Origin: an uncultured Bacilli bacterium
GTDB taxonomy: Bacteria > Bacillota_I > Bacilli_A > RF39 > UBA660
Reading direction: 5' to 3'
Assembly (NCBI GenBank): GCA_934148845.1
Contig: CAKPDH010000001.1
Location: 98,939 to 162,938 of the forward strand
Length of the DNA stretch: 64,000 nucleotides
Positions 56,391-64,000 of the stretch are shown one piece after another. Position 1 is the stretch's first letter. Every line of letters starts with the position of its first letter. The notes below the pieces were generated by a model. The model had not been told where the DNA came from and made no database searches. It was given only the letters and a program-made list of their open reading frames with translations. Made by a program: the position numbers and the translations under genes.

Positions 56391-57383
56391 ATGGATAGAA
56401 TTGTTACTGAAAATAAAACTCCTGAGGATAATTTTGAAAAGAATATTAGACCTAGTAGTTTATCTGAATATGTGGGACAGAGTGAAGTAAAAGAAAATTT
56501 AGAGATATTTATAAAGGCTGCTAAAATGAGAGATGAACCATTAGATCATGTATTGCTTTATGGCCCACCTGGACTTGGAAAGACTACGCTTGCATTTATT
56601 ATAGCAAATGAACTTGGAAGTAATATAAAAGTAGCTAGTGGTCCTTCAATAGAAAAAAGCGGAGATCTTGCTGCTATACTCTCTAGTTTGGAACCAGGTG
56701 ATGTTCTATTTATAGATGAAATTCATAGAATACCTAGATTTATAGAAGAAATATTATATTCAGCTATGGAAGATTTTACTTTAGATATAGTAGTTGGCAA
56801 TGAAGGCTCAAGTAGAAATATAAAAATAGATCTTCCTCCATTTACTTTAGTAGGTGCGACAACTCGTGCTGGAGATTTAACAAGTCCACTTAGAGATAGA
56901 TTTGGAATTATAAATAAACTTAATTATTATACCGAATCTGAACTTAAAGATATCGCCCTTAGAACAGGTAAAGTATTAAACTGTAAAATAGATTTAGATG
57001 CTGCCTTAGAACTTGCAAGGCGTTCTAGAGGTACTCCTCGTATATGTAATAGATTGTTTAGACGTGTTAGGGATTTTGCCTTTGTAATGGGTGATGGCTG
57101 TATAGATTTAAATATAACAAAAATGGCATTGGATAAACTTAAAGTAGATTCACTAGGACTTGATGAGACTGATTATAATTTATTAAAATCTATAATAGAA
57201 AAATTTAATGGAGGTCCTGTTGGAATTGAAGCTATAGCGTCTTCGATTGGCGAAGAGCAAACAACTATTGAAGATGTATATGAACCATATCTTTTACAAA
57301 CTGGATTGCTTAAAAGAACAACCAGAGGCAGAATGGTAACAAAAAAAGCTTATGATCATTTAGGAATACAATATAAAGAATAA
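56391..57383 (+). CDS. ruvB: Holliday junction branch migration complex subunit RuvB
   Basis: Walker [12 protein letters not shown], Walker B LFIDEIHR, sensor/arginine-finger region, winged-helix C-terminus. Confidence 0.92.
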   Translation: MDRIVTENKTPEDNFEKNIRPSSLSEYVGQSEVKENLEIFIKAAKMRDEPLDHVLLYGPPGLGKTTLAFIIANELGSNIKVASGPSIEKSGDLAAILSSLEPGDVLFIDEIHRIPRFIEEILYSAMEDFTLDIVVGNEGSSRNIKIDLPPFTLVGATTRAGDLTSPLRDRFGIINKLNYYTESELKDIALRTGKVLNCKIDLDAALELARRSRGTPRICNRLFRRVRDFAFVMGDGCIDLNITKMALDKLKVDSLGLDETDYNLLKSIIEKFNGGPVGIEAIASSIGEEQTTIEDVYEPYLLQTGLLKRTTRGRMVTKKAYDHLGIQYKE

Positions 57384-57420
57384 AAAAATAATAATGAGAA
57401 ACAATATAAATGGTGATGTT

Positions 57421-58497
57421 ATGAGAAAGTATTTAATAATTTTACTTGTTATATTATTTGTATCTTGTACTAATGAAAATAATAAAAAAGATAAAGCTAA
57501 TGAAAAAATAGATAGTACTAAAAAACCTAAGACTGAAATATTAAAAGAATTAACAGAAGAAGATTATATTAATAATAATGTAAATGAATTAGGTGAAGTT
57601 CCAATTATGATGTATCATGGTATTTATAATTTAGCTAATAGTGATACAAAATATACAGGTGGTAATGTAGATAAAGATGGATATCAAAGAACTAAAGAAG
57701 CTTTTATTAATGATTTGGAATTTTATTATAAGAATGGATATAGGATGATTAGATTAACTGATTATATAGATGGTAATATAGATACAGAACTTGGATATAG
57801 TCCTATAATTCTTACATTTGATGATGGACTTGAAAATTGCATAAAAGTTACAGGATTAGATGAAAATGGAAATATTATAATAGATCCAAATAGTGCAGTA
57901 GGTATACTAGAATCTTTTAAAAAGAAATATAAAGATTATAATGTAACTGCAACCTTTTTTATTAATGGTGCTATATTTAATCAAGAAGAGTATAATGAAA
58001 GTATACTTAATTGGTTAGTAAATAATGGATATGATGTTGGAAATCATACATATACACATGTAGATTTTAAAAAAACAAGTATTAATGAAACACAAAAAGA
58101 AGTTGGAAAAGTATATGAATTATTAGATAGATATATAGAAGGAAAATATGTAAATATAATAGCGCTTCCTTTTGGTTCACCCTACAGTATAGATAATCCT
58201 AATATGGAATATATATTTAATACTAATTATAATAATAAAAATTATAATACTAAATCAGCATTAAGAGTAGGATGGAAAGCTAGTGAATCTCCTTTTCATA
58301 AAGAGTTTAATCCTAAATTTTTAAAACGTATTCGTGCATATGACAATAATGGAACAGATTTTGATATTGATTTTAATTTTAAATTACTTTCAAAAAATAG
58401 ATATATATCTGATGGCTTTAAAGATAAAGTAGTAATTCCAAAATCTTATGAAAGCTATATAGGAAATAGTTATAATAAAAAAGTAATAATATACTAA
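57421..58497 (+). CDS. Polysaccharide deacetylase (NodB-homology) family lipoprotein
   Basis: Lipoprotein-type leader MRKYLIILLVILFVSC|TNEN. NodB motifs ..ILTFDDGLEN.. and ..GYDVGNHTYTH... RBS GGTGAT before the ATG at 57421. Confidence 0.65.
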   Translation: MRKYLIILLVILFVSCTNENNKKDKANEKIDSTKKPKTEILKELTEEDYINNNVNELGEVPIMMYHGIYNLANSDTKYTGGNVDKDGYQRTKEAFINDLEFYYKNGYRMIRLTDYIDGNIDTELGYSPIILTFDDGLENCIKVTGLDENGNIIIDPNSAVGILESFKKKYKDYNVTATFFINGAIFNQEEYNESILNWLVNNGYDVGNHTYTHVDFKKTSINETQKEVGKVYELLDRYIEGKYVNIIALPFGSPYSIDNPNMEYIFNTNYNNKNYNTKSALRVGWKASESPFHKEFNPKFLKRIRAYDNNGTDFDIDFNFKLLSKNRYISDGFKDKVVIPKSYESYIGNSYNKKVIIY

Positions 58498-58554
58498 AAA
58501 ACATTTAAAATTTTAAATATTTATGTTATAATTACCATGTGAGTGAGGTAATTT

Positions 58555-59967
58555 ATGGAAGAATTAAAAAATTATTTTGAAACATTAAATATAGAATATA
58601 CTGAAGATGGAAATAGATTAATTGAAACACTTATTGAAACACTATCTAATCCTAATATAGATGAAGATATAATAAAAATAATCCTTGTTGCTGCTCTTAA
58701 TAAAAAAATAATTTCGTCAGAACAATTTACAAAATACTTTGAAGAAGCAGCACGAATAAAAGATCAGCAGCTAGCACGGGAAGCTCAAGCAAATGCAGCA
58801 GATGCAACTCCAGCACAGGAAGCTCAAGCGAATGCAGCAGATGCAACTCCAGCACAGGAAGCTCAAGCAGATGCAGCAGATGCAACACCAGCACAGGAAG
58901 CTCAAGCAGATACAGCAGATGCAACACCAGCACAGGAAGCTCAAGCAGATGCAACCCCAGCACAAGAAGCTCAAGCGAATGCAGCAGAGGCAACTCCAGC
59001 ACAAGAAGCTCAAGCAGATGCAGCAGATGCAACTCCAGCACAGGAGGCTCAAGCAGATGCAGCAGATGCAACCCCAGCACAGGAAGCTCAAGCAGATGAA
59101 AAAAGAGATAAAACAAACAAGTCTGTTTGTAGAAACAAAACGTTTGGGAGTACGCTTTTAAAATCTCTTCCAGGTGCTGTTATTGTAGGTGGAATTTTAC
59201 TTGGTACTATATCAGTAGCTCCTATAACTATACCATATGCCTATGCTTTGGGTAAGCTAACTATAATTGGTGGAACTCTAGCAGGTGGTATTGTATCTTA
59301 TCTAGTATGTAAACGTTTATCAAATACAAAATTATATAAGAATATTTATAAAGGCAAAATTAGTAAAATTACTACTGATGAGTCAAAAGAAATAGAATTA
59401 GAAGCAGAAAAAACTATGACTGAAATAAGAAAAATGTTAGTAGACCCTTCAAAGGATAACTATAGGCTTCAAATTAGTTTAATTAAATATAAAAATCAAT
59501 GTGAATTACTTGAAAAAAGAATAGATATGAAAAAGAATCAAAAAGTAGCAAAAGGGGATAAAATATTACAATCCTTAAGTATACTTGCTTTAGATAGCAT
59601 AAGAAAAAATATGCAAAAAAACTTAGATGAAGCAAATTTATTACTTGCAAAAGCTGAAGAAAAAAGAGAAGGCCCATCTCGTCTTAATAAATTAAATACT
59701 AAGCTACAAGAAGTTAATGAAAACATTAGCAACATAAGACAAGCAAGCATTTCAGATAATACGGGACACTTGTCTAGTGAGGAAAAAAGCAAAAATGTAA
59801 GTAGCTATTTAAAACTTAGTATTAAATCTTCTGGATTAGAATTTATTAGAAATGCAAAAATTAGAAATATTAGGCTAACACAAAGTGTATATAATTTTTT
59901 TAATATTAAAATTAGAAGAGAATTTAAAGCTTTAGCTTCAAAATTTGATAATGCAAGACATAGATAA
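58555..59967 (+). CDS. Tandem-repeat (PAQEAQA[DN]AADAT)n membrane protein with C-terminal coiled coil (hypothetical)
   Basis: No signal peptide. About 70-aa N-terminal domain, about 10 x 11-aa Ala/Gln/Asp-rich repeats, two TM helices (GAVIVGGILLGTISVAPITIPYAYALGKLTIIGGTLAGGIVSYLV), then about 230 aa K/E-rich coiled coil. RBS GTGAGTGAGG. Confidence 0.5.
   Translation: MEELKNYFETLNIEYTEDGNRLIETLIETLSNPNIDEDIIKIILVAALNKKIISSEQFTKYFEEAARIKDQQLAREAQANAADATPAQEAQANAADATPAQEAQADAADATPAQEAQADTADATPAQEAQADATPAQEAQANAAEATPAQEAQADAADATPAQEAQADAADATPAQEAQADEKRDKTNKSVCRNKTFGSTLLKSLPGAVIVGGILLGTISVAPITIPYAYALGKLTIIGGTLAGGIVSYLVCKRLSNTKLYKNIYKGKISKITTDESKEIELEAEKTMTEIRKMLVDPSKDNYRLQISLIKYKNQCELLEKRIDMKKNQKVAKGDKILQSLSILALDSIRKNMQKNLDEANLLLAKAEEKREGPSRLNKLNTKLQEVNENISNIRQASISDNTGHLSSEEKSKNVSSYLKLSIKSSGLEFIRNAKIRNIRLTQSVYNFFNIKIRREFKALASKFDNARHR
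58775..59097 (+). repeat. 33-bp tandem repeat array (about 9.8 units, one unit shortened to 24 bp) inside the coding sequence
   Basis: Unit GCACAGGAAGCTCAAGC(A/G)(A/G)ATGCAGCAGATGCAAC(T/A/C)CCA with a few substitutions. Local GC is far above the window average. Confidence 0.9.
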
Positions 59968-60006
59968 AAGATAGGATATTGACGATTTCAATATCCTATC
60001 TTTTAA
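59968..60006. terminator. Bidirectional terminator between convergent repeat-protein gene and rpmB
   Basis: 14-bp stem AAGATAGGATATTG / CAATATCCTATCTT with 7-nt loop and T-run. A second palindrome AAAGTCATATGACTTT lies at 60013-60031. Confidence 0.65.
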
Positions 60007-60036
60007 AATAAAAAAGTCATATGACTTTCTATAATA

Positions 60037-60219
60037 CTAATCAGCATTTTTTGCTGCTTTATTTAATGTTCTTATTTCTCTAGCACTTTTTCTTACTTTA
60101 GAACCATCACTTAAAGTTACAATTTGTAAATTAACTTTTTGTGAATGTTTAGTAGCTCTACAAGAATGTGATCTTCTATTACCAGATAATGGTTTTTTAT
60201 TTGTTTGTTTAACTGCCAT
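60037..60219 (-). CDS. rpmB: 50S ribosomal protein L28
   Basis: MAVKQTNKKPLSGNRRSHSCRATKHSQKVNLQ.. matches L28 (..GNNRSHA.N..KR...NLQ..). RBS GGAGGAATATT before the ATG at 60219 (minus strand). The track ORF is extended 16 codons upstream. Confidence 0.8.
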   Translation of the reverse strand: MAVKQTNKKPLSGNRRSHSCRATKHSQKVNLQIVTLSDGSKVRKSAREIRTLNKAAKNAD

Positions 60220-60600
60220 AATATTCCTCCATTCAAAGTTTTTCCCTATGCCAATAAAGTTTATCATATTTTTTTTTACTTGTCAATAATCTTGATGCTT
60301 TAACCTGAAAAACTGATATATTTCTTAATATTATAAGTATTGAAATCTATGTAATAATAAAATATATACTACTTTAAATTTAAAATTTATTTTAAATAAT
60401 AAATTTATTAATATTGTTAAATAATTACTAATTTATTATATTCAAACTTTATTAGTTCAATTTAAAATTGTATATAGTTAATAAGTTAACAGTGTAAAAA
60501 ATAAGGGTTTATATATCTATTTTTTATACACGCTTTTAAATTACACAATAAATCTTTAAAATTTAAAATAAATATAGTAAAATATAAATGGAGGGATAAG

Positions 60601-63519
60601 ATGTATACACCACTTTATATAAAAACGGATAATAGTTTACAACAATCACTTATAAAAATACCAGATTTAATTAAATTTGCTAAAGAAAATAATTTAACAT
60701 CACTTACTATTACAGATAATAATATGTATGGCGTTGTTGATTTTTATAAGGCATGTGTTAATAACAGTATAAAACCAATAATTGGGCTTGAAGTATGTAT
60801 AGATGATTTTATTATAGTGTTGTATGCAATGAATTATTTAGGATATAAAAACTTGATTAAAATTACGACAATAATGTCTTATCAAAAATTAAGTTATGAA
60901 GATATATCAAAATATTTTGATAATTTAATATGCATAATTCCATATGAGTATATTAATAAATATGAATTATTTAAATCTTTAAGTAAGAATGTTTATATAT
61001 CTTATAAAAATCTAGATGAATATAATAATATTAAAATTCCTAATAAAGTATATATGAATAAAACATTATATCTAAATGATAAAGATAATATATATATAAA
61101 ATATTTAAAAGCCATAAAAGAAAGTGTTTCTATTAATGAGATAGTAGATGCTGATAATAAAATTTTAACGTATCAGGAATATAATAAATTATATCCTTTT
61201 GATAATAATAATAAAATTATAACTGATATGTGTAATGTAATAATACCAAGTAGATCTGATTTGATTCCAAAATTTGATACTGGAAATTTAAGTTCTTATG
61301 AATATTTAAAATTAAAATGTATAGAAGGAATTAGATATTATTTTAAAGATAGTGTTAGAAAAATATACAAAGATAGACTAAAGTATGAATTAGATGTAAT
61401 TAATAAAATGGGATTTTGTGATTATTTTTTAATAGTAGCAGATTATGTTAATTATGCTAGGGAAAATAATATCATAGTTGGAACAGGTAGGGGTAGTGCT
61501 GTTGGATCACTTGTATCTTATTGCCTTAAAATAACAGATGTTGATCCTATTAAATATAATTTATTGTTTGAAAGATTTCTTAATCCAGAACGTATAAGTA
61601 TGCCTGATATTGATATTGACTTTGAGCATGAAAAAAGAATGGATGTAATAAATTATTGTATAGAAAAGTATGGTAGTAAAAGAGTAGCGCCAATAATAAC
61701 TTTTGGAACATATGGTGCTAAGCAATCATTAAGAGATGTAGCTAGTGTTATGAATATTGAAATATCCTTAATTGACGATTTATGTAAATTAATAGATTCA
61801 AAAAAAAGTTTAATGGAAAACTATAATGAAAATGAAAAAATAAAAATTCTTTTATCTAGAAAAAAAGAGTTAAAGGCGTGTTATGGAATATCACGTCATA
61901 TAGAAGGCTTAAAAAAACATAAATCTATACATGCAGCAGGTGTTATTATTTCATCAGTAGATTTGGATACAGTAATTCCTCTTGATAAAAATAATAATAT
62001 GTATATAACAGGATATGACATGACATATTTAGAAGAACTAGGACTTTTAAAAATGGATTTTTTAGCTATTAAATATTTGACAACTATACACAAGTTAATA
62101 GATGATATAAATTTAAATTATAATACAAATATTACATTTTCAAATATTCCACTTAATGATCCAAAGGCAATAAATATATTTACATCGGCTCTTACTCTTG
62201 GAATATTTCAATTTGAATCAGATGGTATGATTGATTTTTTAAGTAAACTTAAGGTAGATAAAATGGATGATATATTTGCCGCTATAGCTTTATATAGACC
62301 TGGACCTATTAAAAATATTCCAACATATATAGCAAGAAAAAACGGTCTTGAAAAAATAGAATATATAGATAAATCTCTAGAACCTATATTAAGACAAACA
62401 TATGGTATTATGATATACCAGGAGCAAATTATGCAGGTCGCACATGTTATGGCTAATTATACGCTTGGAGAAGCGGATATACTTAGAAAAGCTATGAGTA
62501 AAAAGAAAAAAGATATTTTGCTTGGTGAAAGAAAAAAATTCAAAGAAAGAGCGCATAAATTAGGATATTCTGAAGAAATAATAGACAAAGTATTTAATAG
62601 TATGCTTAAATTTGCAGAATATGGCTTTAATAAATCACATTCAGTTGGTTATTCTATTGTTGCGTATAAAATGGCATATTTAAAGGCTTATTATCCAGCT
62701 TTATTTATTGTGCACTCTCTATCTAGTGATAGCGATTTAGATAAGTTTAAAAAGTATATATATGAGGCAAAAAGGTTAGGATTAGAATTACTTTTACCGG
62801 ATATAAATAAAAGTTTAAAAAAATATACTTTAGAAGATAATAAAATCAGATATCCTTTATCTAATATAAGAAATATAGGTACAATATGTGCTGATATTAT
62901 ATTAAAAGAAAGAAAAAATGGTAAATTTATTGATATTTTTGATTTTATTAAGAGATGTTATGGTAAAGAAATAAATAAAAAAGTTATAGAATCATTAATA
63001 TATTCAAATGCATTTTCTAATATGGGTTATAATAAGAAAACATTAATAAATAACTTAGATGTAATAATTAATTATGGAATATTAATAAAAGATTTAGATA
63101 GAGAATTTGTTCTTAAACCTGAAATAAAAATTTATAAAGAATATGCAAAAAAAGAACTATTAAATCAAGAATTAGATATGTTTGGAGTTTATATAACAGA
63201 TAATCCTATATATCAAATTAAATTACAATACAAAGATATAATAGATATAAAAAATATAGAGATGTATTTTGATAAAATAGTTAATATAATTGCCTTTGTA
63301 GATAAGGTAAGACAAGTTAATACAAAAGATGGAAGTATTATGTGCTTTATTAATTTAAGTGATGAATTAAGTAAAATAGATGGAGTTTTGTTTCCAAAAG
63401 TATATGAAAAATACAAAGACATTAATGCGGGTGATATAATAAGATTAACAGGTAGAATAGAAAAAAGATTTGATAAATATCAAATTGTAGTAAGTAATAT
63501 AATTAAGATAAATTATTAG
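60601..63519 (+). CDS. dnaE: DNA polymerase III alpha subunit, DnaE-type, short form with degenerate PHP domain
   Basis: Pol IIIalpha core motifs PDIDIDFEHEKR, ITFGTYGAKQSLRDV, HAAGVIIS, GLLKMDFLAIKYLT, YGIMIYQEQIMQVA, GEADILRKAMSKKKK, FNKSHSVGYS; C-terminal OB fold. 972 aa. N-terminal PHP ligands replaced (YIKTDNS for HVHSxYS; ITDNN for LTDHG). RBS GGAGGG. Confidence 0.8.
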   Translation: MYTPLYIKTDNSLQQSLIKIPDLIKFAKENNLTSLTITDNNMYGVVDFYKACVNNSIKPIIGLEVCIDDFIIVLYAMNYLGYKNLIKITTIMSYQKLSYEDISKYFDNLICIIPYEYINKYELFKSLSKNVYISYKNLDEYNNIKIPNKVYMNKTLYLNDKDNIYIKYLKAIKESVSINEIVDADNKILTYQEYNKLYPFDNNNKIITDMCNVIIPSRSDLIPKFDTGNLSSYEYLKLKCIEGIRYYFKDSVRKIYKDRLKYELDVINKMGFCDYFLIVADYVNYARENNIIVGTGRGSAVGSLVSYCLKITDVDPIKYNLLFERFLNPERISMPDIDIDFEHEKRMDVINYCIEKYGSKRVAPIITFGTYGAKQSLRDVASVMNIEISLIDDLCKLIDSKKSLMENYNENEKIKILLSRKKELKACYGISRHIEGLKKHKSIHAAGVIISSVDLDTVIPLDKNNNMYITGYDMTYLEELGLLKMDFLAIKYLTTIHKLIDDINLNYNTNITFSNIPLNDPKAINIFTSALTLGIFQFESDGMIDFLSKLKVDKMDDIFAAIALYRPGPIKNIPTYIARKNGLEKIEYIDKSLEPILRQTYGIMIYQEQIMQVAHVMANYTLGEADILRKAMSKKKKDILLGERKKFKERAHKLGYSEEIIDKVFNSMLKFAEYGFNKSHSVGYSIVAYKMAYLKAYYPALFIVHSLSSDSDLDKFKKYIYEAKRLGLELLLPDINKSLKKYTLEDNKIRYPLSNIRNIGTICADIILKERKNGKFIDIFDFIKRCYGKEINKKVIESLIYSNAFSNMGYNKKTLINNLDVIINYGILIKDLDREFVLKPEIKIYKEYAKKELLNQELDMFGVYITDNPIYQIKLQYKDIIDIKNIEMYFDKIVNIIAFVDKVRQVNTKDGSIMCFINLSDELSKIDGVLFPKVYEKYKDINAGDIIRLTGRIEKRFDKYQIVVSNIIKINY

Positions 63520-63527
63520 GAGGAATT

Positions 63528-64000
63528 ATGGAAATATTAGATGGATTAAATACTAAAATACAATTATTAGAAAATTTAAAGAAAAAAGTTTTGAAGTTAG
63601 AAAGACCACTTGGTCTTGTTGTAATACAAATTGGGCTTGATAAAGCAAGTACTGTTTATGTTAATCAAAAAAGAAAAATGGCAGAAAGCTTAGGATTTAA
63701 TTTCAATCATATAAAATTAGATGATAATGTAGATGAAGATACAGTTATAAAATTAATACAAGAATTAAATAATGATAATTATGTAGATGGAATTTTAGTA
63801 CAAATGCCTCTTCCTTCTCATTTAAATGAAAAAAGAATACAAAATGCAGTAGATCCAAATAAAGACGTAGATGGACTTACAGATATAAACGCTGGTAGAT
63901 TATCTCATGGAATAGATTCACTTATTCCTTGTACACCAGCTGGTATTATGGATTTATTAAAAATATATAAAATTGGTGTAGAAGGAAAAAACGTTACAAT
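63528..64000 (+). CDS. folD: Bifunctional methylenetetrahydrofolate dehydrogenase/cyclohydrolase (5' part; continues beyond window)
   Basis: MEILDGLNTKIQLLENLKKKV..GLVVIQIGLDKASTVYVNQKRKMAESLGF..ILVQMPLPSH..KDVDGL..PCTPAGIM matches the FolD N-terminal half. RBS AGGAGG. Confidence 0.85.
   Translation, partial: MEILDGLNTKIQLLENLKKKVLKLERPLGLVVIQIGLDKASTVYVNQKRKMAESLGFNFNHIKLDDNVDEDTVIKLIQELNNDNYVDGILVQMPLPSHLNEKRIQNAVDPNKDVDGLTDINAGRLSHGIDSLIPCTPAGIMDLLKIYKIGVEGKNVT

Noticed and set aside
58775-59097. Possible CRISPR array because of regular about 33-bp repeats
   Set aside because: Units are directly adjacent with no spacers, are in-frame coding sequence, and there are no cas genes. It is a protein-coding tandem repeat.
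58727-59161. Three overlapping ORFs (two minus-strand, one plus-strand) inside the 33-bp tandem repeat, encoding Leu/His/Cys- or Gln/Met-rich low-complexity peptides
   Set aside because: They are artefacts of the repeat: any frame of a 33-bp periodic sequence stays open. Only the + frame continuous with the RBS-bearing 58555 start and the downstream TM/coiled-coil region is credible.

Overview
This 64-kb window is from a very AT-rich (about 26-28% GC) Gram-positive, Clostridia-like Firmicutes chromosome. Almost all genes are on the + strand (replication-co-oriented) and most are core housekeeping genes. These include mreCD, deoD, an M16 peptidase pair, secG, Bacillus-type dnaB/dnaI helicase-loader genes, leuS, an MTA/SAH-deaminase-like amidohydrolase, uppS, and the start of the dcw cluster (mraZ-rsmH-ftsL). 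They continue with a T-box-controlled tRNA-Asn x2 / gatCAB / AsnRS-like module, tex, an AddA-like helicase-nuclease, rnj, rpsD, thyA-folA, ezrA, a T-box-controlled thrS, rubrerythrin, yneF, clpP, gap, ruvA/ruvB, rpmB, a short dnaE and the 5' end of folD. Accessory content sits in three places. First, a small regulatory island at 15.4-17.5 kb holds an orphan CheY-like response regulator, an IS256-family transposase remnant, an XRE-type HTH gene, and an Asp-less pseudo-receiver protein behind an array of 12-bp repeats. Second, a surface-protein block at 17.6-24.4 kb holds a 1249-aa putative sortase-B-type (NPNTG) wall-anchored adhesin, a protein with Listeria-Bacteroides repeats and Cys repeats, and small membrane proteins. 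Third, two paralogous secreted proteins carry BspA-type leucine-rich repeats but unusual leader peptides: one TasA/SipW-like and one type IV pilin-like. A deletion ghost of a third copy at 33.6 kb shares the same terminator-promoter cassette. Other points of note are a 33-bp tandem-repeat gene and a DnaE with a degenerate PHP domain. ThrRS lacks its TGS N-domain, and a separate TGS-uridine kinase fusion lies nearby. One gene appears disrupted, at 47.0-47.5 kb. I found no CRISPR array, intact mobile element or rRNA.
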